Both the position numbers and the translations under genes were made by a program. A DNA stretch of 64,000 nucleotides, from the NCBI GenBank assembly GCA_973895155.1, contig OZ316896.1, forward strand, positions 4,717,925 to 4,781,924, in the 5' to 3' direction. This document shows positions 26,561 through 40,752 of the stretch, piece after piece. This DNA is from Marsupella aquatica (taxonomy: Eukaryota; Plantae; Marchantiophyta). Within the stretch, counting starts at the first letter, position 1. The number at the start of each line of letters is the position of its first letter. The notes below the pieces were generated by a model. That model saw nothing but the letters and a program-made list of their open reading frames with translations. It did not search any database and was not told the DNA's origin.

Positions 26561-28241
26561 CAGACGAGCTTTTTTAACGGACAATGCCGCACTCCAGTTC
26601 TCCGCTGCAACATGTCCAAGCAGTGTCATAAAGTGCGATACGGTCAAATACATAAAATGGTTATTGTATGGCAGGACCACACATCTTATGGGGTACGTAT
26701 CATGCCCGATAGCCTTTGAGTGATTATAAGAAAGGATGCTGGGAGTAAGGGCTGACTTGCATGTGGGCAGCCCTCAAGAATTTGGCACTACAAGCTAGCA
26801 ACTTTCCAGGAAAAAGCATATCTTCACTCACAACACACTCTGCTAAGTGTGATGTGAGCAAGTGTGTTTGTGTCTTTGCTTTGTTTATTTACCGAATACA
26901 TATATATTGTTTTTATTCCCAAGGCAGATCGAGTTTGGCACCTCAAGGGTAGGAATGTTTCTGGACTTTACCCTTGGCTCTCCACAGGAGATGCTCTCAT
27001 GTCTGCGCAAGGAGGGGCTTAAGGCATGAAAATCTCACTGCATGATATCACAACATCAGTTATTCCAAGGGCTGAACAATAATGGGTCAATCACGTGCAA
27101 GTTGGCTCTAAGAAAAACTCATCTGCACAGGTTTTGGGGCTGACATATATAATTTTTTGGAGCTGTGTTTGAGGCCAGGATCTATCCATCCAGAGACAAC
27201 AGGACTTATCTTGCAATACTGGTGATAGCCTTTTGGGTGCATTGTCTTCAGCTGTTGGTGGCAGAGGCGAGGGAGGGGAATTCGATGTCACCCCGATGCA
27301 AACATGTGGCAGCCTGGCTGAGTCCAAATAGTTCTGCCAAGGCTCTGGCTGGAAGATTCCACTCGCAAGAACTGGCCAATATCCTGGCATGGAACACAAT
27401 TTTTGCATGGGCCTGAATATGGTATAAGGATAGTTTACCTGGCTCTGGTGCTAGCAGGATATTTCTATGGTACCCCCCTTGCAAGAACGGATGGCAGCCA
27501 CCTGCCTTTCCTCCCTACCCCTGGTGTTGCAAACACAAAAGTTGGGAGTAGGTCTAAGCAATACAACTTCGTGCAAGAACATGTTCAGGCAGGGGGGTGG
27601 TGGAATGGAAATCAAAGGGTTAATTATTCTTGGGATGAACTATACTATGGTACTTTTGCTCTCCAATCGTGCAATTTGACCATAATTTGAAGAATTTCTT
27701 ACAGGTTTTCTAGCCTAAAGTTTGATACAATTATGTATTTGTATGTCCCTTCAGATAAATTGGAATATTTTCTTTTCTTGGTTAAGCAAAGGAATACGAA
27801 TAATAACCTTGCGTTAGACACGTCATACTGTTGACTCTACAAGTATTCATTTAAATATCCTTAGTTCGTTCTCACTACATGGGTCTTCCTTAGGGAACGT
27901 ATAGTAAAGTACATCGTTTCCAATATGGTACAAAAAGGATCTGAATTCCCAGTTTTAGAGCTAGGGCAGAATTGCTTATTTTCAATGTAGCTTACAGATA
28001 AAATTTGGATAAGGGATTTAGAAAAAATCCTAGGATGAGTGGGTGGTGCTTAGCACTAGGATTTTCATAGTATAAGTCTACTGTACATTCTACGTATGAG
28101 TGTGTTATTGATACAGGATTCCATAACATCTGTGGACAGAGTGGATTGCAAAAACCTGCGTCACATGCCTAGAGATGAAAGTATCGTAGTGCACTACTGT
28201 AGTGAAATTCTTGCAGTACTGTAGTGATATTCTTTTAAAAC

Positions 28242-31200
28242 TTAATAAACATCCCGACGGAGAATGATTTCGTTGTATGCCTTATAGGAAACCAAAATGG
28301 GCACTTGTGGTTGGCTCGCAAGGAATGGTTGTGTAATTTCGCTTCCAAGTAGATCGAGTTTGTTTGGTAGTTGATTCCTATAATAGATTTCACACAATGG
28401 ATAGCCTGCAACCTTCCATGCAAAAGCAAACCTTGGAACTTGATTCTTGGAAAGATCAGATTGGGCTTTTGAATATACGACAGCATAGATTGCAGATGCT
28501 TCCTCCAAAACTCGTCTCCATTCTTCTTGAGAAGAAACTGTGCCAAAAAGGATCTGGACCCAAAGCGAGATTAGCATCTCTTGTTCTTGACATTGCTTTT
28601 CTGACACAGCATATCAACACTCTGATGGACATATAAAGGAGGTACGAACTAAGAAAAGACACAATCTTGAGATGTACCTTTTTGTACTTCAGGAAGATGT
28701 CATCCTGGGTCGGTCGAAGAGACCAGTCAGGGGGGAACTGACCAGCCCCTGTTTTGGCCATTTCCATCCGGTAGACAGCATAATGTCCTTCCCACTTCTT
28801 GTAATGCTGAACATAATTTGGAAATAGAAATCCTGCATCGATCTCAACATCTGCCACTGCCACTGTGTCATTCATTATACAACAAAATTGAAAATGGTTG
28901 TTCAGCTGGCAACATACGTTGCGCTCCTAAACGAGCCCTGGGAAGAAGCACTGTAGTCTCCTAAAGAGTGATCAGCTCAAGCCAGACATACCAAGTTATA
29001 TTTTTTTCTTTCATCTTCTGAATTGAGACTACATGGTTTGCAGTAAGTACAAATATTCAGACTGAAGAGGAACGTACCATCTGGTGTCATAAACCAAGCC
29101 GCCTCTGCCAATGCTACCATGTCATACATCTGTCCCAAAATCGAGTCTGAATGGTACGTGTTGTCCGTTTCAACATGGCCTTGTGTACCATACCCCTCTA
29201 CATCCTTGGATGGACTCTTTTCCAGATAGTGAGGCATCTGGTGTGGGCGTAACCTTCGCATGATAGCAGAATCAACCTGCTTGTGAAGAACCACATCCAA
29301 AAGTTTACTCACGGTTGTAAGCAGAATGTAAGAACACTAAGTCCAAATGTGTAGGCAAAAAAGTATAAAATAAAAACAGAATCATGATCAGAGAGACAAA
29401 TATTCTCTTAGACCAAAATAATAAGTTTGTTAAATTTCCATCCGACTAAAGAGCATGCAAGACAACTACATCGGTAGGAAGCTCAATCCTTACAATGTGC
29501 TTCAGACTATCACTAGTATCGAGAAGTCAGTCCCAAGTGTCAAAATGATAGTATCAACTAACCTGGAATCCACTCTTTCCAGCATTCACAGAATCATAGA
29601 ATATATGACACGCATCCATGGCTTTTTCCCAATGAATATTCCTTTCGTGCTTATGACTGATATCCGATCTAAGGTAGCGATCCATATGGGCAGTCCAGTA
29701 GTTTGCAGCCTGACCGACAAATGGTCTGCGGGCAGCAGTAGAGGTAATGAGGATGGCTCAATCGACATTTGAATTGAGAAACACGCCAAAATTTCAATAC
29801 TAAGTCTGTTCTTACTCCTATGCAGTAGCAAATAAAAGTTTCAGTTGAATCTTTGCAAAAAGTTAAATGCTAGGTTCCATGTTCAGATGTGGACAAATCA
29901 AGCCAGGCAGGCTCATTCAGGAAGCGGTGCAGCAGTCCTGTTCAAAGATCTGAGAACATATAACATCTCCTCAGAACTTGCTACTTTGCCAGATAGCAAA
30001 GCTGGATCGACATATACTGACATGGGCAGTGAGGGTCACAAATAACACCACTATGATGGTCTAAATCCCAAAATGTTGAAAAAACCTTGAATGGAAACGG
30101 GCTTTCAGAAACTCGTTGAACAGCGTTCTCTCCAGTTCCACCGCAGGGAGGTCCGCTGGCTTGATCTTGGGCGTGGTGACTGGGACTGACTTAGGGACAT
30201 AACGGTCCGGCCATTCCTGCAAATGCAAGAGAAACTGCAAAAGCAATGCAGAGACTTATAAGGCGTTGTCCAATATTCACAACTGTAGACATACACGAAG
30301 TAGAACAATGGCAAGCTGGGTGTAGGGAATTTGCAACTTACATCTGGATTTGTGCAGATCCAATACCGGTCACCATCCAAATCTCCATCTCCAATCTCTT
30401 TATACACAGCCCGTGTACCTTGCGTTGAGAAGTAAATTGCGTACTTAGAGTTGCCCACAGTAGCTTGCAGCTCCTTGTTCCAGGTTGGCTCAAAGATGTG
30501 AACATCTCCAGGATGCTTCCCAGGAAATCTGTATACTGCCACCCTTGGGCAACTGATGGGGTCCAAAGGGCCCTGGGACCTGAAAGGAGAAGTATTTATA
30601 ATGGGAATTCTTAATAGATATTTTGGCTTGTATTACTCGATATATACCCAGCACACATCTTTCATATGCCTCATGTGAAACGATTGCGAAAAAGAGTTCA
30701 AGATAATCGGCAGGCAATCAGTCTACTCCAGGATCCTATTTGGATCAGAGGTGCCATTTCTGTTAAACGGCCAAGACTTCGAGACATTCATTACCTCCCC
30801 CGAGGTACGTGTGATGCAAGCTTACATACAGTGAACTAAATCCAATATAAGAGCTCATTCCAGAAATAGCATCAAAGGAAGTTCATTTTACGGAAACAAT
30901 TCCTCGATCTTCCCAAAAGCACAAACTTCTACATACAGTACTTTAAAGAAATTAATCTATATAGGTGAAATCAACTTACAATGTGATTGCAACCTGATTG
31001 GGCTTTAAGGTGCCAGTTGGGTCTGCTGTCCCAATCAAGTTGTATGAGTCTGGTAGCTCGATTCGCCCCTTTTTTAAATCCTGCCATCCGGCGCTGGTAA
31101 ACTTCCTCACAATTCGATGAAGAAAGGGTTCCTGCAATGGTACTCCTGCACACATCATCCTACGTGCTAGCTCCACTTCTTCGCCACTCATCCAACGAAG

Positions 31201-34200
31201 TTCTGCCCAATTCGAGAACACATATTGGACAGCACAAAAGAGTGCACTGTTACATCTAGGATCACCGCACAGAAGATCAAAATAGTCTCCAAAGAGAAAT
31301 CAAAACAAGATTTCTGTAGAAATTATGTGTGAAGTTAAACACATGCTGAGTGGTACCTTGAAAGATGGCTGCCTTGTCTTGAGCCTTTTCCTTCTTTGTT
31401 TCAATTGCCCTTTGGGTAATTCTAAGAAAGAATGAATCAGGTACGCCCAGAAGACTTGATAGAAGTATCAAGTCACGTGAAAGCTTTCCCAAATGAGGAC
31501 TCTTGCTGTACATACAACAAACCAGAGTGACTCTTTCTTCAATTACTAGAGGTGATTCCGAAAATGATTGCTTACAAGGTTTTATTTCAACAACATCCGC
31601 GTAATCTTCGAATTCGTGCGTAACAATGACATCTTAAGAGAAACTTTGAATTAACACCGAAAAGAGACATCCTAAAAAGAACTGAGAATCATCTTTGGGG
31701 AGTATCACGATGTCACTTTTCCATAGAGGTGTAACTAGCTTGCGACAAAAATGTCTAATTGTTGAGCAAGCCCAGTTCGGAGATTAATGAAGATCGAATC
31801 TAGAGAGTACAAATTCTAGGTTTTTTAATTGACCACTGATAAGAAATTGGAGAGAAACGAGCAGATTACATCTGCTTCTGACATACGCTCTTTGTGGTTT
31901 CGCTACAGAGGATCCATAAAACAAGCAGGACATGAGACATCACACATGAACGGAGACAAACGTGACTATAGCAGACAACTTGTCCGCACGAAATTTAAAC
32001 CGACCTGGTGTTACAGAGTTCGAACGAGTCCACTTGTGGTAACTCAGTGGTTTTCTCATCTCGCCTGACTTTCACCATTGATTCTCGACAGACTATTGTC
32101 TTCGGTGGCAACTGCACATCCGTTGCAAATACTTTTCGCTTGGTCTATATAGGATTGGTTATTTGAGGTGAGCCCAAGCTCTGGGTGATGCAAACTTGAG
32201 ACAAAGAAAGTCCTTTCTAGACCTTCATCGATGCATTTTCGACGCTGCCATGGATGCAAATAATTTTACTTACCGTAGATTGCTAATTTTCACAGAACAT
32301 TCAATTGCCTGAAACACAGAAATGTATTAAGGTTTGTAATTATCAGTGAACAACGAGAGCATGAAGACTCGGTAGCTAGAATTTGGAGAATCAAAATGAC
32401 ATCACTGTCCTCATCCTCAAACATTTCCTTGTCTCAAGGTGGGGATGTGCATCATCCAATGGCACAGGCATACCCTGTAGTCTATTCCGAGAGTCCCTTT
32501 GATCGCACATCCATTTCTGAAGATCCTTATCTGCAACAGCGCAGGGCTTGCCTGCTTTGCAAGACTACGGCACAGTCACTAAAATGCTTTCAATCCAAGT
32601 GACATCAAAAATACACAGACTAGGTCGCGACAACAGGCCATGAATTCAGCGATCCATACAAGCCATATGTGTGATTCTGAAAACCGCGTCTTGTTCATAC
32701 AAACCAGGTAAGTCTTCATTGTTCATAAGAAGCTCTTAAAAGTATCAATTTGAGAGTTGCCAGCTATGGTGTAGGTTTTAACGGTATGAAGGGGTTGTTG
32801 AAGTAACTATGAAAGCTAAACGAGGTCGTGAAAGGTAAATGGTCCTGCATTCTGTACCTCGTTTCTATTATATCCAATAATCTGGACACCTCTGGTGACA
32901 TTCACAGGGATTTGCTCTGCAAGATCTGAAGATATGAAACCAGTCCCATCTGTACAAATCATATCAAGGTCGCAACCTCTGGCATCCTATGAACAAGGAG
33001 AACACTCACTTGTGAGAGAAAGTTAGAGCCGGAAAGACACCATACGAGATAGGTCAAACAAGGTTCCTACAGAAATCTAACAAAGCATGCAACACCACAG
33101 TAAAACAGCTCAAGTATACAGAATGGAGGGTCGCACAACGTTTAAAACCTTGCAATGAAGATCTTTGTCTATCTGGAGTTCAAAGTCAACATCGACCTTC
33201 ACAGTCCTTGATAGTGCTAGGAGCAACCTGTGCAGCCACCAGAAAATCTGAATTGAATCTAAGATCAGAGATAGGTTCGTGTGATTGAATTCAGTAGCGT
33301 TAAGGATTACAGAATTTCTAACACGGACCTAGAAAGATACTTCGCTATAGATTCTGTAGTATGAATGTCCATGATGTGTCGCCGGCAATCGGCAATGGTC
33401 CTGAAAGGCTTGAAAGTGGGATCAAGTAAATCTGTCGCAGCAACTGATGCAGTGCAGACGAAGTAGCATCGAACAGGTGCAGAAGATTCTACATCTGATT
33501 TTACAAAATGGACAGCACATCATCGTCAATGAGTCAGTTGCCCAGCAGCGAACGTTTCAGCAACTGAGGAGTAATATGTGATGCTATAGACGACTGGCCT
33601 TTCTTGCAAAGGAAATTGTACTAATTAACACATCTTTACCTTTGGACTTGGTCCTTTTCTTGTCAGTTTCTTTATGTACTGTATTAGTGTATGCACACAC
33701 AAAGCCAGACCAAGTACGTCAGCTGAGGAGGTCAAAGACCTTTGTAAAATTTGCTTCCACTAGGAAAAGTCTTGGTCACACTTCCAGACAGGTGTAACGT
33801 TAAGGTCACAAGATTTCAAATATAGGTACATCGTCCAGAAAATCTTTTTGCTTTGATACCAACAGCCTGGTGACCTGTAAAGTAACAAATCAAGGTGCGA
33901 AAGGATGCATAAACTATCATGATTGACATTTAGAAAAACCCAGGTTTGGCGAATGAGAATTGCTCATACCCCAGTAATGATATTTCCGAAGACCTACGTA
34001 TATACCATGCTCAGCAAGCTTGCGGTAGATGTTATGAAATGAACCAGAGGCATCAGCGAAGCTAACACTCAAAACCTTGTCGGGACCATAAGTTTTCTGC
34101 AGCAACGTGTACGGTTGCTGCTGGGAAGAAACCTGTTGATCATACATCTTAGTCCTGCAATACTTTATTTTACAATTTTAAGCAGATTGGAACGTATCCT

Positions 34201-35976
34201 ACAGTACGATGTGAATATATTACAATGCAGGAAATGAAGTTCTTCGGACGCTTCCCTGACTCTTGGATTTTTGCAGGTAGTAAACACGTACGTTTTTTAC
34301 CTCTAAGCACCAGCAACCAGGTTAGTGAATGATCTACCTGGAAAGTCAGGTGCCCTGTATAATCCACAAAGCACTCGTATGAATATCGTTTCTCCGTATC
34401 AACCGCCTGCAACGTATTTCCAAACGCTCCTCTAATTAGCAAAGTGCTAGCAAGAAACGCGGAAAGCAGAAAGCACCTAGCAGGCATTTCAAGGGTGCAA
34501 AAAATATGTGAAACACCGTTCGCCAGCAGCAATCTGTTTGCTCTGATGCACGTCTATGAGAACAAATCATTTGCAGTGCTTCTGAAAGGCTAAAGCCCAA
34601 TTACGATCTCGAATTTGGAAATGGCTGAGTTTCACAGAAAAGCGGTGCCCGAGATCGGTTTCATCGTTAGGTTGGGGCAGTCCACCAGGAGATGAGTGTA
34701 TATTAAAGGCTTCCAACAAAATTGTCCATGATTAGGTGGTGGTGAGGTAACCGCTGTGCTTTCCAGATTTTCGTCTGAGTATCAAAGTCTACCTGAAACT
34801 TCTCCCTCGAAGGGGCCTTCAACTCTACACCGGATTCGGGTACTTTCTCCCCGACCAGTTCTCTCAAGTACTCGTTGACATCGTGTGCAGGAACCTCTCC
34901 GACGCGAGATATGTCCTCTTCCGTGAATGCGTCCTCCAACGACCCTCTGCAAAATCAGTATTGGATTGACAGCTCGAACAGCTGAGCTTAACAATAATAT
35001 GTGGATTCTCAAACAGGTTATACGACGTGAGTGCATGGACCATTTTGTCCAACGTTATCTAAAATCACATAGCTTGTCGTCGGACAAAAAAGAGAAAGAA
35101 TTGGAGGAAAATCGGAGCTAGGTTAGGTACAAAACCAGAAGTGAAAACACAGAACAAAGAAATGGATATTGAGAAGGAAAAAGGTATTCAACGCAAAGGC
35201 TACTTATCAATAGTTGTTCCTCTCCTCCCAACGACTTTAGTTAGTGCTGAAAGGGGAAACACACTCTTAAATGCATTCCAAGGGTCCTGCCCTTGATCGA
35301 GGTCAAACGCCACATTTGGTGGTCACTTTCATTGAATTCTTGGCTGTTGTGGATTCAGACAGAAGATAATCGAAGTTACCAATACATTTAGGAAGGTTCG
35401 CCACAGCCAGGACAGCCTTCTGGGGTTTTTATTTGATTAGTGTCGACATATGACGAAAGTGGCGTAAATCTATACTCCTGAAAAGCCCTGCTCAAAAGGA
35501 ATGTCCGTTCTGAAGTCCACATACTCACTCTTCTGAAATCATAGTCATCTAATGTCAAGTTCATCCGAAAACATTTCTACGGAAGGTTTGATGCACTCAC
35601 TTCTTAATCGTTGCCAGGAGAGGGAAAGTATGCGTTGCAAAGTCTAGCGATCCTGTGGCGTCCAGCTGTTTTGAGCGTTGAGGCCAAGGAATGGATGAAG
35701 CTTCCAAGTGCTCGATATTATTAGATTGAGACGGAGAAGTCTCTGGCTGAGTTTCCCCACTGGATACCGATTGTGGCTCAGTTTTGCCACTGGATTTCGA
35801 TTGTGGATCTGAAAAGCAACACAGCTTGCCAAACTGCTTGCGTATCCCCTGAAAACCCATCCTCCAATCCGAGTGGGGTTATCGATGCCGATCTTCTTCA
35901 GTGAGCTCGGAATGGTATCTTTCATGAATAACTTCAAATTCTCTGCTTCAAACGGCCCAATTAAATCCCCTTCCAC
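28242..35976 (-). CDS. RNA-dependent RNA polymerase, gamma clade (RDR3/4/5-like), multi-exon; 5' boundary uncertain
   Basis: Minus-strand exons read [28 protein letters not shown]; [12 protein letters not shown]; [15 protein letters not shown]; [28 protein letters not shown]; [35 protein letters not shown]; [24 protein letters not shown]; [12 protein letters not shown]; [14 protein letters not shown]. Confidence 0.9.
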
Positions 35977-36839
35977 GACTCCAACAGTCGGTCCTCCGCT
36001 TCAAAGGCTGGCTACAGGCCATCAACCTTGAGCTTCATAAGCAGAGATCACGAGGCATGGAAAGGAATCCTTGACCCCTCTCCTCGTAATGACATGAAAA
36101 GCAGAAACGCACGCCAGCGTTTCTAGCAAACTGTGCTCGGTTCCTCTCCATTCTACTGGTAGTTGGTATCAAGAACAAGGTTTCGAAATGTCTAAGTGGA
36201 TGCAACAATTCGTCCGTGAGTCTCCGTTTCCACACGTTCTTCATTGAAAAGACAGACGAAGTGCCGTCCTTGATTTCATCTCTTCATAAAATGTATACTC
36301 ATTTTCCAAGCGTTCGTCCTAGCCCGTTGAACTGGAAAATCAATTCAGTTCAACCCCAACTTCCATGTTTCGAAGAGTACCTGGAATTGCATTTGGCAAC
36401 ACATCCACAAGAATGCACAGAGAAATGGCAGACCGCAAATTTCAAAAGGATCGAAAGTGGGGCAGGACGAAAACAGTCCCCAACAGGGTCAATCCAATTC
36501 GCTTCACTAATTTGCTCCCGCCTGGAAGCCAATTCTGAGATCCCTTACCTACTGCCCCCTCAGCAAGCTATCCAATTTGCTGCTCAACATCTTCATATTT
36601 AAAATCAGCTCAATTCGGTCCAGCTATCCAAATCGTTTGTCTCTCAGTCATAGCGGCCATCTGCAGTACTACTGTGCTACAAGACATTCCTTCGATACAT
36701 GATTCTCACCCGAACTCATCACATTCTCTCGACGTCTTTCAGGAGACCCATCACCCAGATTTCCACGCTCGGCTTGATAAAGCAACAGAACTGTCAACCA
36801 GTGTGGCCTGAATGCCAAACGAGACCCATAACCTCCATC

Positions 36840-37085
36840 CGTGCAACATCATGAAGGCCACAGCGTGATCATCTGAGATTCTCAGTACTACAGAAGTACA
36901 GAGTCTACCTCTGCAACATCATGAAGGCCACAGCGTGATTACAGAAGTACAGAGTCTACCTCTGCAACATCATGAAGGCCACAGCATGATTACAGAAGTA
37001 CAGAGTCTACCTCTGCAACATCATGAAGGCAACAGCGTGATCATCTGAGATTCTGAGTACTACAGAAGTACAGAGTATACCTCGA
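36840..37085. repeat. Tandem minisatellite (~51/70-bp units, 4 copies)
   Basis: tgcaacatcatgaaggc.acagc.tgat...acagaagtacagagtctacctc repeated. Confidence 0.9.
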
Positions 37086-37199
37086 GGCATTGTGCCTCTG
37101 CCCCAAGTCCAGAACGGGATGATATTCCAACAGCCACCGTTCTCAGCTGACTTGAGGTCAACTGTAGAGGTACATCGTTCAACAGGGGACGAGATTAGA

Positions 37200-38674
37200 A
37201 TTCAAAGAGACCAGTCCCTGGAACAGCATTAACTGTACCTCGGGACTCCCCCAAAGCCTCCCGGAAAGAGATCCCTGAGTTTTCCCCTGTTTGCAACCCT
37301 CAGTTTTCAGGCCATGACCACAATCGCTGCCCCTGGCTCCCTCTCAATTAGAGACTTAGTTTCATTCAACTTTCTTATCCACACTTGTGTAGTGCCTTTT
37401 TCCCTTACATCTCTTTGTGGGAGTGTTAGTTTAAGTTTCTTGGACTCCCTGGAGACAATCTTTTGACAGTAGCTGACATTTTATTTAAATTTCTTGGACT
37501 AGATGGAGGGTTCTCAGGTATTGTCCAGGTTTTGAAAACAAAACAAAATTGACAGTAGCTGACATTATTTAAATTTCTTGGACTCCATGGAGGGTTCCCG
37601 GGTATTGTCCCAGTTTTGAAAGGAAAAAAACTTGAACTCCATGGAGGCAATCATTTGACAGTAGCTGACATATTTTGACCCGCTTTGCAAAGTCAGGCCC
37701 CAGTCTAGTTTTAGTCATTGATTTATGAGGGGTTGATTACTAAGTGGAAAACCACCTGAGCTCAAACTCTTGCTACTAAATTCTTCCTCAGTTCATTGTT
37801 GTATTCCATGCCTTCCAGACAGCCCCTTTAAGTTAATGTATTGAGAAGATTTCAAATTTTACAAGAGGGAATTGCTGAGCGTAGATGTTTTGTTTTCAAA
37901 ACACTAAAGTTACAAAGTTAGGCACAATTATGAGCTAGGCATGAATGCATTGGTTACCCATCTGGAAGGCGTGGAATACAATGATGAACTGAGGAAGAAT
38001 TTAGTGGCAAGAGTTTGAGCTCAGGTGATTTTCCACTGAATAATCAACCACTCATAATTCAATGACTAAAACTAGACTGGGTCCGGACTTTGCAAAACGG
38101 GTCAAAATATGTCAGCTATTGTCAAACGATTGCCTCCATGGAGTTCAAGTTTTTTGGTTTTTTTCAAATCCGGGACAATACCTGAGAACCCTCCATGGAG
38201 TCCAAGAAATTTAAATAAAATGTCAGCTACTGTCGATTTTATTTTTTCTCAAAACTGAGACAATACCCAAGAACCCTCCATGGAGTCCAAGACATTTAAA
38301 TAAAATGTCAGCTACTGTCGATTTTATTTTTTCTCAAAACTGAGACAATACCCAAGAACCCTCCATGGAATCCAAGAAATTTAAATAAAATGTCAGCTAC
38401 TATCAAAAGATTGCCTCCATGGAGTCCAAGAAATTTAAACTAACACTCACACAAAGAGATGCAAGGGAAAAAGGCACTACACAAGTGGGAATAAGAAAGT
38501 TAAATGAAGTTAAGTCTCAAATTGAGAGGGAGCCAGGGGCAGCGAATGTGATCATGGCCTGAAAACTAAAGGGATGGGTACAAAAAGGGGGAAACTCAGG
38601 GTGCTCCTTCCGGTAGGCTGTGGGAGAGTCCCGAGGTACAGTTAATGCTGTTCCAGGGACTCGTCTCTTTGAAT
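37200..38674. mobile_element. Foldback / long-TIR non-autonomous DNA transposon
   Basis: Arms ~37200-37819 and ~37961-38674 are reverse complements (attcaaagagac.agtccctggaacagcattaactgtacctcgggactc ... gagtcccgaggtacagttaatgctgttccagggactcgtctctttgaat); ~140-bp spacer; internal ~85-bp tandem units; 8-bp TSD agattaga at 37192-37199 and 38675-38682. Confidence 0.92.
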
Positions 38675-39374
38675 AGATTAGAATGCATCTTTCCAATCCG
38701 GGAATCACGCAAGCAAGAAAGACAGGATGTCGCCAAATGAAGTGATGACCAATGATTGAGCAGACAGTCCCCTGTTAGCTTTGAAATGTATCTCCATGTC
38801 AACTACATTCTACAGTCTATTGTGGATAAGTGCATAGTGCATAAGTGCACTCTGTGGGTAACTGCAGGTCGGTCAAGTAGTTCCCTAATATTATAGCATT
38901 TTTCTTTGTAAATGCACAAAAAAATGCACCCATTGTAAGTGCAGGTCCACCTAACAAAACTACAAATACAGAAGTGCATTTCCTTCTATAAGAGTGCGCA
39001 TGCATCAATTAATTAGTGCAACCCATATGCTAGAAGCATTTATTGATAAGTGCAGTGGACAACTCAACCTGGTAGTAGTTTCATGCTGTTATCTGCATTA
39101 TGAGGATTCAGGAGTCAGACCCATATGACCTGACAAGACACTTGCAGCAGTGCATAACTGATTTCACATGCACTTATCGCATGGAAAGTGCAACATGCAC
39201 ATATGGAGAAGTGCATAAATGACACCCATGCACTTATGACATAGTGTGGATAAGTGAAGGACTGGGGTGTCTTCCCGGGAGCCTGCACTTAGACACAGAA
39301 GATTGTAAAATAGTAGAGTGTGCAGAGAGGATCAGTGGAGGCTGGTCATGTACAGCCTTTTTAAGTGGCAAAAA

Positions 39375-39630
39375 TTAGTTAGATTCCACCTCAGTGAAAA
39401 GTCCTTCTTTTTTGGTGGCCTTGAAACCAAAAGGAGACCCATCCAACCCAGCATATAGCATCTACTCTGGAGCATGCGTTTCGTTAGGGTAGCCACAAGT
39501 TAAATTCCACCTCACAAAAAAGTCTTCAAGTCACTTTTTTTTATTCTTTGAAACCAAATTAAAGCAGAACCATCCAACAAAGGATACACCATCTACTCCG
39601 GAGCATGCCTCTCTCTAGGGTAGCCACAAG
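39375..39630. repeat. Imperfect tandem duplication (~120-140 bp)
   Basis: gtta.attccacctca...ttgaaaccaaa...ccatccaac...catctactc.ggagcatgc...tagggtagccacaag occurs twice. Confidence 0.7.
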
Positions 39631-40752
39631 GGGTCATATCCAGGGATCCTACAGGGACCCACACCAAGAGGGAGACAGGGTTGAACCAGAGCCCCAAAGG
39701 GGACCAGCCTGGGGCTGGTATTTTCACCACTACACCCCACCCACACATACATACCCTTTCGTGTGGAGGGAAGGATTGAACCTGGGACCTCACGGTTCTA
39801 GACTAATCCAAACAACTGACCAAGTCTTTGTCACTGTTGACTATTTTTTGTTTTTCATTAGCCAGTTTCCCGACTAGTCACAAACCCACAATCCGCCAAT
39901 TAATGTCACAACGAGGGAGATCTAAGGGTCACAAATGAATCTAAGAAGACTAATAAGGAATCATCTTAGCATCTTCTTGTTTGCATAAGGTAACAGTAGC
40001 CACCCTGGCAACCAAAAAAAAACCTTTCAAATGGAGCTTGTTGTGTAGTCCCCTTACAGTACATATTTTTTCTCTTTCTGTACCAAAAAATGCAATTTTG
40101 TAAGTGCATCCTGACCCTCACTATGCAACTAACAGATAAGTGCAATTCAGTCAAGGTTTCATTCAGTCTTTAAGTGTACACATGCATTTATCACTTACTC
40201 ATGATAGTATACATTTTACTTTCACTACTAAGAGCTTGCAACAATTACACAGGGTACTTAAATGCGGGCTTCCATGCATCTTATCCAGTTTGTGAGGGGC
40301 TGTATGAGGGTTTATGGTGGTACCCGGACTTTAGGGTGTCAGACGAGACAGCAGGTTCACAGTGACATCACAATTCCAGATTGTGATGCCAAACCTTAAA
40401 CTCCAAGTGCTCTAGAAGGCAAACCATTGAGCCAACCCCAAACTCCGGGTAATGCCAACACTCAAACTTTGAGGTCTTAAATGTACATGTCTGTGAATTG
40501 TCTCATTTCCCAGTGGTCGTTTTAGTGGGCATCTTTTCACCCAAAAGTTGTGCTCGTCACTAATACAAAAAAAACTACTTGTGAGATTTGGGGTTTTAAA
40601 ATTGCCACGTCTTGTCTTGTTTAGAACCCTGGTTGCCTGGATCTGACTGTCATTCTTGAAATGCAGAATAACTACAAGCATAGATTACATGGGTCTGAGA
40701 AGACTACCAGTAAAATACCTTGATCAAAACCCTTCCCCAAGTCTCCTCAAAT

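Noticed and set aside
36840-37085. Repeat array superficially like CRISPR
   Set aside because: Eukaryotic context, no unique spacers, no cas genes; a plain minisatellite. The same applies to 50908-51082 and 46005-46295.
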